IMG/VR virus record: IMGVR_UViG_3300029305_005063
Strand: one strand, 5' to 3'
DNA length: 64,000 nucleotides
DNA from: an uncultured virus (IMG/VR IMGVR_UViG_3300029305_005063)
Taxonomy: Duplodnaviria > Heunggongvirae > Uroviricota > Caudoviricetes
Positions 9,527 to 16,750 of this stretch are shown piece by piece. The notes under the pieces are model-generated. The model searched no databases, had not been told where the DNA came from, and worked only from the letters and a program-made list of their open reading frames with translations. Positions within the stretch are counted from its first letter, which is position 1. Every line of letters begins with the position of its first letter. The translations under genes were made by a program, and so were the position numbers.

Positions 9527-10315
9527 TTAAACCCATTCATAACCCCAGACAACGTCGTCACCATATCTGTCATCCTCGACGGTTGTCCTGATCTTACCAA
9601 CTTCTTCAAGCTTGGTAGTCTTACTTCCCTGGAGGACAGTAAATGTTTCTCCAGCTTTTGGTTTCCAGTATCTCAGATAAGCCAGGATGGATGATGTAGA
9701 TGGAGAGCGTATTCCGGTATCGCCCTTCTTCAGAGCAAATCGAATATCTCCCTCTTCACCGAACGTTGCGGCAATCATGCTCTTATCGGGAGATCCAGAG
9801 TCAGTCCTTATCAACCCGTAGGAGTTCTTGACGTCAATCTTCTCTTTGATATAAGATGACTCAGTGATTGGCTTCATACGGTTAGCTGTAGCGTCCATTA
9901 AGTAAATCTCATTGTCGATGTTGATGAGATTGAATACGTGACCTCTACCTGACTTCCACGCACAGGCAATGATAGCACGAGAACCATTGCCCCAACCGCG
10001 CATCGTTTTGGTGATACTAGCGACAGCGTCTTCGCCGATCTTGGTAAATTTAGCGTTCTTAAACAAACACCAGTTTTGTATCGGGTAGGCGCTTCCTTTA
10101 GGTACGTCGAATACTCTATCCCACGGAGAGTTGGTAATCGTAACCTTCTTGTCTACTCCACGGAACTTAAGTTCAAGTGCTGCAGCAAACTTCTGACAGT
10201 TGTTGCTTACTTTGAATTTGCTAACTTCTGCAAGAAGCTTCTTGGCATGTGCCAGTTTAGGACTGTCTTCATCCTTCTTAGCCTCGAGAGCTGGAATCAT
10301 AAGCTTAATACCCAT
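9527..10315 (-). CDS. papain-fold toxin (Tox-PL, glutamine deamidase-like) domain protein with head-protein-like propeptide
   Basis: NNCQKFAAALELKFRG...GHVFNL...YLMDA gives Cys/His/Asp triad spacing; start MGIKLMIPALE|A behind AAGGAGG. Confidence 0.7.
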   Translation of the reverse strand: MGIKLMIPALEAKKDEDSPKLAHAKKLLAEVSKFKVSNNCQKFAAALELKFRGVDKKVTITNSPWDRVFDVPKGSAYPIQNWCLFKNAKFTKIGEDAVASITKTMRGWGNGSRAIIACAWKSGRGHVFNLINIDNEIYLMDATANRMKPITESSYIKEKIDVKNSYGLIRTDSGSPDKSMIAATFGEEGDIRFALKKGDTGIRSPSTSSILAYLRYWKPKAGETFTVLQGSKTTKLEEVGKIRTTVEDDRYGDDVVWGYEWV

Positions 10316-10394
10316 AATCGAATCCTCCTTATGAAATAGCACTAGTTTACACAAAAAGAAGACACCCCAAGGGGCGGTGTCTTCCGAGCCCACC

Positions 10395-10538
10395 TCAACG
10401 ATAGAGGTGAACTCTGTCCTCGATGACTGTGCCGACTTCGACACCATCAACGATGAGGACCGCCGAGCGATCATCGCCGACTACCTTGGCATCCATGCCG
10501 GCAGCAGTGAGGCGATCGAGCATTGCTTCGACTCCCAT
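10395..10538 (-). CDS. small hypothetical protein (47 aa)
   Basis: MGVEAMLDRLTAAG...; coupled to upstream gene, followed by terminator; not in track. Confidence 0.5.
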   Translation of the reverse strand: MGVEAMLDRLTAAGMDAKVVGDDRSAVLIVDGVEVGTVIEDRVHLYR

Positions 10539-10540
10539 TG

Positions 10541-11230
10541 TTAGTTTCCTTTCTTTGTGGGGTGGGTGAGTGCGAAACGCATCGTGTGCGCCCCGCTTGG
10601 AACACGGTTATCCGTGCGCGGCATCGTCACCTTTTCCAGGTAACTAGCCACACGGAACGCCGTGAAGATCTCGAAGCTGCTTGAACCTTTCAGCACCTCG
10701 TTCAACTTCTTAGCGTATTTACTCCAAGTAGGTGAGCGTTGTGCTGTCCTTACAGCGGAGAGTATCGACTTCGGAGACGGGAATGTCTCCGAAGCGAAGT
10801 ACTTCATCTCCGTTACGAGGAAGTTCACAGCATCAACAACGTGAACGTGAGTGATCACGTCAGCGTGTTTCGTAAGCTTTCCGTATAACAACCCACGAGA
10901 GATGATGGTACCGTGAAGGATACCATACGCCTCACGTAGAGCCGCTTCTTTGACGATACGAGCATTCTCCTGTTGACCAGCGATGTATTTGTCGCAGATC
11001 TCCAGAAGGGTCGTTTTCTCCTCAAAGTCTGGCCAGGCTTCGATCTCCCTGCGGAGAGCCTCGATGTCCTGCTGAGTATCGCAAGGGTTGCACTTGCGCT
11101 CCATCAGCAAAGTTCCGAGGTCGGGCAGCGCCTTGCCTAAGCGCACCCTACCTAGAGGGACCTTCCAGATGGATTTGTCAAATCCCTGGATCTTCGCCTC
11201 GCAGTCTTTGTAGTTGTAGCCTAAGATCAT
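10541..11230 (-). CDS. hypothetical early protein
   Basis: 229 aa; AAGGAG SD; ATATATTAC motif upstream. Confidence 0.65.
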   Translation of the reverse strand: MILGYNYKDCEAKIQGFDKSIWKVPLGRVRLGKALPDLGTLLMERKCNPCDTQQDIEALRREIEAWPDFEEKTTLLEICDKYIAGQQENARIVKEAALREAYGILHGTIISRGLLYGKLTKHADVITHVHVVDAVNFLVTEMKYFASETFPSPKSILSAVRTAQRSPTWSKYAKKLNEVLKGSSSFEIFTAFRVASYLEKVTMPRTDNRVPSGAHTMRFALTHPTKKGN

Positions 11231-11347
11231 TTGTATCTCCTTTTGGTTATGACTACAACGGTAATATATTTTCCATTCTGACAGAGAGACAAAAAGAATA
11301 TCCAGGTAGGGTCGAGCATCGAGCCCGACCCTACCGTGGTATCACAT

Positions 11348-11608
11348 TCACTTAACAGGTGCATCGCAGATTTTGCGTCTGACCATGAAGTCATACACAT
11401 CTCCGATCGTGTGCATCTTCTCGCAGTCTTCCTCTTCGATATTAATTCCAAAAGCTTCCTCTAGCGAAATGATGATCTCGACAACATCGAGTTCATCAGC
11501 CCCAAGATCTTCAACGAGGTCGGATGTAGATTTGATATTTTCTAGTCCGACACACACTGTGTCTTCAACTTGTGCGTTGACGATGGATTGCATCTCTTCG
11601 TATGTCAT
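11348..11608 (-). CDS. acyl carrier protein-like, attachment Ser replaced by Glu
   Basis: DLVEDLGADELDVVEIIISLEEAFGINI...TIGDV matches ACP except DSLD->DELD (GAA codon at 11492-11494). Confidence 0.85.
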   Translation of the reverse strand: MTYEEMQSIVNAQVEDTVCVGLENIKSTSDLVEDLGADELDVVEIIISLEEAFGINIEEEDCEKMHTIGDVYDFMVRRKICDAPVK

Positions 11609-11650
11609 GGATGTTGTCCCTTATTAAGTGTAACCTTCCGTGAACTATAG

Positions 11651-11731
11651 CTGCGACGAGCGGACTCGAACCGCCGGCGAGACTGTCCCGACTAGTGGGA
11701 CACGGTGCTACCTACAACACCCCCTATCGCA
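11651..11731 (-). ncRNA. tRNA-like RNA with aberrant anticodon loop (ACUAGUC)
   Basis: Cloverleaf: D arm GGUG/CACC, 6-bp anticodon stem UGUCCC/GGGACA, T arm GGCGG-UUCGAGU-CCGCU, acceptor with bulged A; no U33/R37, no CCA. Confidence 0.7.
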
Positions 11732-11789
11732 ACGTCAGACAATGGAATTCGGTCCATTGTCATTATCCTAGCCATTCTTTTTCCGACTT

Positions 11790-12340
11790 GTATACCGATG
11801 GCCAGTTATCTGACACGTTCAGAAACTAGATTTTCCACCAAGTACACTAGGCTCGTTCGGGCCAATGACGAAGCAGCCCACTTTCCTATACGATTAAGCA
11901 TTGCCTTAATTTTTAATGTTAGACCCAGGAGATGTCTGCACCTAGAGAATCAACTCTAGGTTAAGAGCGTTCACACGTATTCCTCATCTCCTACACACAA
12001 CCACAGCATAACCCAGATCCACAAGACCGTATCGATCCGTTCTCGTTTCGTTATACCACAATTGTGCAAGGGTAGCATAACCCTGCCTAGGTTCCGTCTA
12101 TTCTGCTAGCGTTACCCACAAGCCGTCCGGTTTCCGATCCGCCTGTGAACTAACCCTGTTCAGCATTACGTCTCTCAACGCACTTTGCATCCCAGGAAAT
12201 CAAGGCCCATGAGAGACTTTCACTCTCAACACCCGTAAATGGCAACAGGGCGTTATTTACCACAGACGTATTTGTATCCAATCGGTTGCCAATCGACAAC
12301 GCCTGTGCCGGAATAACTGTTACCACGTTCGTAGCAGTAC
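11790..12340 (-). ncRNA. large structured ncRNA (~550 nt), OLE-like candidate
   Basis: No credible ORF; ends pair (CAGUUAUUCCGGCAC 12319-12305 with GUGUCAGAUAACUG 11816-11803, extended by GUGGU/GCCAU and GUACUG/CGGUAU); many internal hairpins. Confidence 0.65.
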
Positions 12341-12405
12341 GTGCATGCTAGCTATCATGCGCGGTTACCGTGTTTTAACTAATGAGTCTACACTTGTTGA
12401 ACGCT

Positions 12406-13146
12406 CTACTTTTTCTTCCTCGACCTGCTTTTCGCAGCAGCGACAGCAGGTTGCTTGACGAAGATCTTGCAGATGCAAGGCTCGCCAATCTTCTTGTTCT
12501 CAAGGAAATCCTTGCAGTGACACTTGGTGTCAGCGGACTTCACCTGACAAGGGCAGTAGCCGCCATTCTTATCAATGGCATCGAGGATTTTGTTGATCTG
12601 AGCGACAGTCAACTTCTCGTTCAGACGAACACACGCAGGAACCTCAGGAGTGGGTTCGGGAGCAGGAGTCGGAGCAGGCTCTGGTTTGACGGGAGCCTTC
12701 GTGAAGACCTTCTTGAGGTAGCTGACCATGTTCTTCGCGCCAGCATCACCAGTCTTCTTGTTGCGGAGCGTGTTGCCGTCAACAGCCTGGTCGACGACGA
12801 TCTTGCCCTTGGCGTCGTAGAGAGTGATCCTGACGCCAGGATAATACCGCAAACCGGTTCCCTTGTAGATCCAGTCGTGAAGAGTCTGCCCTTTGTCCTT
12901 GTCTCCAGAATACTGGAACACAAAGTACGCATCCGACTTCTTCATCCAGTCAGTGAACGCCTTCTTCATCATGCATGTCTCTGCAGTGGTGCAGTAACCG
13001 CACTTGTCGCCGTTGGACCACATGGTCACGATGAACTTCCCGTTCTTCTTAGCAAGAGCGAGAGCCTTCTTGTAGTCTGAGTTCCAGACGCCTACAGTCG
13101 GCGTGCCGCTGGAACGTTGCTTGATGAACGTTGCCGTGGTTCCCAT
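12406..13146 (-). CDS. thioredoxin-fold protein fused to ferredoxin-thioredoxin-reductase catalytic-like domain
   Basis: N-term CGYC thioredoxin motif; PEP linker; C-term NGGYCPC...CHC...CIC pattern. Confidence 0.65.
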   Translation of the reverse strand: MGTTATFIKQRSSGTPTVGVWNSDYKKALALAKKNGKFIVTMWSNGDKCGYCTTAETCMMKKAFTDWMKKSDAYFVFQYSGDKDKGQTLHDWIYKGTGLRYYPGVRITLYDAKGKIVVDQAVDGNTLRNKKTGDAGAKNMVSYLKKVFTKAPVKPEPAPTPAPEPTPEVPACVRLNEKLTVAQINKILDAIDKNGGYCPCQVKSADTKCHCKDFLENKKIGEPCICKIFVKQPAVAAAKSRSRKKK

Positions 13147-13203
13147 GGCTGTTCTCCTATTTGTTGTGTTTATGTTACAAATGCAGGCTTAGTTTTTACG
13201 GGA

Positions 13204-13383
13204 GGGCGCCACACCTCCTAACTGGGACAACTCCCTCCAGATCCGCTCCTCATTGGGAACTTCACTGGAGAGATATTGATTTCATTATGGCGCCCAGCGC
13301 CCACGAGGGGTCGGCGCGTATGGGTGAATACTGATACCCTGCTGGTCACGGGTGGCCAACTCCTAGCAACAACGTATCAGCAC
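13204..13383 (-). ncRNA. structured intergenic RNA (two hairpin domains)
   Basis: GUGCUGAUAC/GUAUCAGUAU (13383-13328) and GGGCGCCAUA/UGUGGCGCCC enclosing CUCUCCAG/CUGGAGGG (13295-13204). Confidence 0.45.
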
Positions 13384-13392
13384 GCACACAAA

Positions 13393-13827
13393 TCATTTCT
13401 CTTCGGCGTAGCTGTCGACACCGAGATGGACGTGGAATGTTTTCTCTTCACCACCCCACTTGAAAACGTACTCAACATCCATGTCGCTTCCATTTGTGTA
13501 ATTCATACGAGAATCACCGCGCATTTTGTAGAGGAAGCTTTCGGTGCTGTTAATAGCAGCGTTCAGAAATTCATCATAGAGAGATTTGCTCTTGAACTTC
13601 AGAACATAGTCAGCACACCTGATTCCGAACGATCTGATATCAATGCCAAGCCAGTACGTCTGTCCAGGACCCTCATCGAATCCGTGGACGTTCGCCCACA
13701 TGAGGGCGCTGTTCGGCCAAGTGACAGTTTCATCGTGGATGTGATTGATCCAGTGTTCACTGGTGTTTTTCAGTTTCTTGGAGAAGATTTTCTTGATCTT
13801 CTGCCAGATAGTCTTGAGGATGAGCAT
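13393..13827 (-). CDS. hypothetical protein
   Basis: Start moved to MLILKTIWQ behind AAGGAG SD. Confidence 0.6.
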   Translation of the reverse strand: MLILKTIWQKIKKIFSKKLKNTSEHWINHIHDETVTWPNSALMWANVHGFDEGPGQTYWLGIDIRSFGIRCADYVLKFKSKSLYDEFLNAAINSTESFLYKMRGDSRMNYTNGSDMDVEYVFKWGGEEKTFHVHLGVDSYAEEK

Positions 13828-13899
13828 GAATTGTTCTCCTTGTTGTAAGATAAGCAAAAAAGAAAGTGTGTCAAGGTTAGTGTCCCGACTATTACGCCG

Positions 13900-13974
13900 A
13901 TACCCGATGGGACTCGAACCCACTACCTCTGAGAACGTTGCTCAGCGATTCTTACCAAATGAATCTACTGGGCA
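13900..13974 (-). ncRNA. tRNA-like RNA with aberrant anticodon loop (CAACGUU; nominal ACG)
   Basis: D arm GAUUC/GAAUC with GG, anticodon stem CUGAG/CUCAG, T arm GUGGG-UUCGAGU-CCCAU, acceptor with bulged A; no U33/R37, no CCA. Confidence 0.7.
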
Positions 13975-13996
13975 GGCACGCCTTGACACACGAGAT

Positions 13997-14392
13997 TGGT
14001 GGAGGTGGCGAGAGTCAAACTCGCGTCCGCTATGCAGCACCTGCACATTCGTTCACATGCTTAGTGATCAATTAGTCGGCTCATATACCAGGACGGCTAA
14101 TCACGACCTAACCTGATACATGTCGAGAGCATCGAGACCGCCTCTTGTACTAATCTAAGCTCATCTCTCAATACAGCTTAGATAGACCAGTGTAGATTAC
14201 CCTGAACGTGCTACTCTGATTCCTCGCACATCCAAGTAAGGTCTCGGGTTATACCCGGGCTGACTTAGGCAGCCGCCTTGTACTCAACGTGATTGTTGGC
14301 ACTTATGGTTTTGCATCCGTCGTTAAGGAGTAGGATACATCTCCTGCATGCATGTACATTTACCGTCACAACGTCGAAATCGGTTCACCCCC
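13997..14392 (-). ncRNA. ssrA: tmRNA; tag peptide (A)ANNHVEYKAAA*
   Basis: 5' GGGGGUG...UUCGAC, 3' CACCUCCACCA with G3-U pair; AUAAGU-GCC resume context; tag ends AAA-stop. Confidence 0.95.
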
Positions 14393-14415
14393 GTTGTTGA
14401 AGAGCTAGCTACTTT

Positions 14416-14553
14416 AACAGGTCTGCGCCACTAGACCCAACCGCACCTCACGAGGAGGGTTTGATATCGCCTGCGGCATCCACTTGTTGGGATGGGGCTA
14501 CCTCGATATAAGTTCGAGTGTTCAAGCCTGGAAGTTACCAGACATCACCTGCT
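14416..14553 (-). ncRNA. 6S-like rod-shaped RNA
   Basis: Nested stems AGCAGGU/ACCUGUU, AGGCUUGA/UUGGGUCU, AUAUCG/CGAUAU, CAUCC/GGAUG around a central bubble containing ACCCUCCUCGUGAGGUGCGG. Confidence 0.5.
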
Positions 14554-14569
14554 GATCAGGCAAGAGGAA

Positions 14570-14697
14570 GTAAGAGCTGAGCTTAGAGATGTGAAGGTCG
14601 GATCCTCTCCTGGTGTTACCCAGGCCGATACCCCGATGATCTAGTAGTTAATTATAATCGCACCTCACCTTGCGCTCAGAGCACAGTTGGCTCTTGC
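14570..14697 (-). ncRNA. second rod-shaped structured RNA
   Basis: GCAAGAGC/GCUCUUAC, CUGAGC/GCUCAG, GAGGUG/CAUCUC, CCUGG/CCAGG nested stems with an AU-rich bulge. Confidence 0.4.
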
Positions 14698-14919
14698 TCC
14701 AGGGTAGACGAGTTCATTGACTTAGAACGTAGTTAGACTGGTACCGAGAGAAAGCACGAAGCAAACTCTAAGTCCTCCAGAGATAGGTCGTTCAAGAATA
14801 GCCGGTTCGTCACACTCCGCGCTATCGAAATTGCGTTTGCGAACAACATCCGGCGCAAAACCGGCAAGAGATAACATCGTGACGCGTTAATGAAGCTACC
14901 ATAGTTGTCGATCGCGCGC

Positions 14920-15015
14920 ATTACCGACAAGGGAATCGAACCCTCCATTCAAGAACTCATACTCCCTAGATCCACATCAAGTACGGAGTCGAACCGCATC
15001 GGGAGTATTGTCACG
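14920..15015 (-). ncRNA. RNA with two T-arm/T-loop hairpins
   Basis: UGCGG-UUCGACU-CCGUA and GAGGG-UUCGAUU-CCCUU; first enclosed by AUACUCCC/GGGAGUAU. Confidence 0.55.
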
Positions 15016-15030
15016 ATGTTAAAGGTAAGC

Positions 15031-15108
15031 TGGTGGCGGGGACGGGAATCGAACCCGTATAGCTCGCGTTATGAGCGCGCGTCAGTTCCAGTCCTGACCC
15101 ACCCCGCA
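15031..15108 (-). tRNA. tRNA-Met (CAT), initiator-like acceptor
   Basis: Cloverleaf with CU-CAU-AA loop, encoded CCA, U1:C72 mismatch. Confidence 0.9.
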
Positions 15109-15144
15109 ATCTTGTCTATAAATAGAGGTGTAGCACTTATAACG

Positions 15145-15822
15145 TTACACTTCCACAGGGCACTGCTCGTGCTCTCTTCGACAGGTATTGTTGATGATCA
15201 CACCCCTGCTATTTGGATGGCAGGTGTACTTGCAAGTGAGGTCAATACCGATCGAAGCGTCGACATTCCAGTGAGACTCGACAGACACGCAATTCGTGTC
15301 GTACTCAGGAATAGCGGCCGTGAGATGGTCGATCAGCTTAGTGCGGATGCTTAGCGAAAGCTCCTCGAAACGCCTCTTGGATAGTTTCTCCCATTGGTAT
15401 TTATCAACGAACTCTCGAAAAGCTTCTCTGACGATCTTCTTGCAATGCTCAGAACGAAGGATGGGAACAAGCTTTACGCGAATGTTCTCTTCCTTCATGA
15501 TCTCTTTAGCATTGGGTCCACAAGCGCACTCGACCTGAGCTCTTTCGAGGTTGATCGGCACGCCACAGGAATTGCCTTTGTTGTTGACGAACGCTGGCAT
15601 GTAGGGCATGATTCGCCTGCGCTCTATCTTAAACTTCTTAAAGGAAATATCCCTACAGTTAGGAGTTCCGCAGAAGGGGCAACCGATGGTGAACGGCACA
15701 GGTTTGTGGTCTGGACCGCCTGTCTCAAGGTTCTCCTCGAGATACATCTTGAATCCTCGACCACACTCACTGCATCCGTAGATCATGTAGCCGTTAGTAT
15801 AACGACGTTTACCCTTGCCCAT
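15145..15822 (-). CDS. zinc-ribbon protein
   Basis: CSECG...CPFCG; start MGKGKRR behind AAGGAG. Confidence 0.6.
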   Translation of the reverse strand: MGKGKRRYTNGYMIYGCSECGRGFKMYLEENLETGGPDHKPVPFTIGCPFCGTPNCRDISFKKFKIERRRIMPYMPAFVNNKGNSCGVPINLERAQVECACGPNAKEIMKEENIRVKLVPILRSEHCKKIVREAFREFVDKYQWEKLSKRRFEELSLSIRTKLIDHLTAAIPEYDTNCVSVESHWNVDASIGIDLTCKYTCHPNSRGVIINNTCRREHEQCPVEV

Positions 15823-16750
15823 TGTCAGTTTCTCCTTGTATAGGCGCGAGACTGTACTTGTCCCTACGCCAAATGTTGAAATTCGGAACGGTGAACTCAT
15901 CCATGACGATGCCGCGATAGATGAACTGACCGAGTTCCTTGTGATCGACATGAGTGAACTCTACGTGACCTATGCGAGCATCGGTTATCATTTCGTTCAC
16001 TCTTCCGATGTACAGCTCCCACCTACCAGCTCGGAGGCAGCATGAGTTCTTCGGGTCGTCAACATCTGTGAACGGAACATCCTGGAGTAGTTCGATGCAT
16101 CCATTGCAGCCGTTGATCCTACCGTCTTCAGTGACGTCGATCGGGAACCCGTTCCACCACTCGAAGAAGTCGTCACGTCTCGCAACGCACTCCGAGATGT
16201 CGAATTTCGCATAAGTACCGGGTTTGTCCGGCACTTCGATGTTGAGACTCACATACGCCTCAGGGATGTCGATCTCGCGATTCAGTATAGCCTTGGCAAG
16301 CCTCTTGAAGATGTTGCCAGCGCCAGAGACACTGCCGCGATACGAAACACTCATAGACTTGAGAGGATACGGTTGAGTGTGAATGATCACAGGGTTGCAC
16401 TGGTCATCGAACTCAAACTCCACCAAGAATGTGTTGGTTTCGTTCTTATCAGCATCGAACGGATTGTCGCCGTTTTCAAGCTTGAACGGCTTGTTAACGG
16501 TGACACCTACTCGAGGCAGATGCGATCTGGCCTGCGCTACGAAGATGTTTCGGATATGAACGAAGAGCTCGTGCTCCTTGCAAGCTGCTTCATGATACTC
16601 GACGAGTATCTTGCGTTCAGCGACGTTGTCGTGTGAATCATCATCACCAATTTCGATCTCTAGCTTAGCAATGATCGCATCGAGTTTCTTCTCGATGCGA
16701 TCCAGCTGAGATTCCGGTTGTCCAATGACGTACGGAATTTTAAGCGCCAT
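15809..16750 (-). CDS. hypothetical protein
   Basis: 313 aa, overlapping operon arrangement, AAGGAG SD. Confidence 0.65.
   Translation of the reverse strand: MALKIPYVIGQPESQLDRIEKKLDAIIAKLEIEIGDDDSHDNVAERKILVEYHEAACKEHELFVHIRNIFVAQARSHLPRVGVTVNKPFKLENGDNPFDADKNETNTFLVEFEFDDQCNPVIIHTQPYPLKSMSVSYRGSVSGAGNIFKRLAKAILNREIDIPEAYVSLNIEVPDKPGTYAKFDISECVARRDDFFEWWNGFPIDVTEDGRINGCNGCIELLQDVPFTDVDDPKNSCCLRAGRWELYIGRVNEMITDARIGHVEFTHVDHKELGQFIYRGIVMDEFTVPNFNIWRRDKYSLAPIQGETDNGQG

Noticed and set aside
9527..10474. Track start for the toxin ORF (315 aa)
   Set aside because: The extension crosses a terminator and another small ORF; the SD-supported ATG is at 10315
11730..12400. Group I/II intron, RNase P or CRISPR array
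   Set aside because: No interrupted gene, no recognisable intron or RNase P P4 signature by eye, and no regularly spaced direct repeats
11651..13974. Calling the two tRNA-like elements functional tRNA-Leu(TAG) and tRNA-Arg(ACG)
   Set aside because: They lack U33 and purine-37, have bulged acceptor stems and no CCA; reported as tRNA-like instead
14733..14910. Further possible structured RNA (CGUCAC/GUGACG stem) or 71-aa ORF
   Set aside because: Too few supporting stems and no SD; left uncalled
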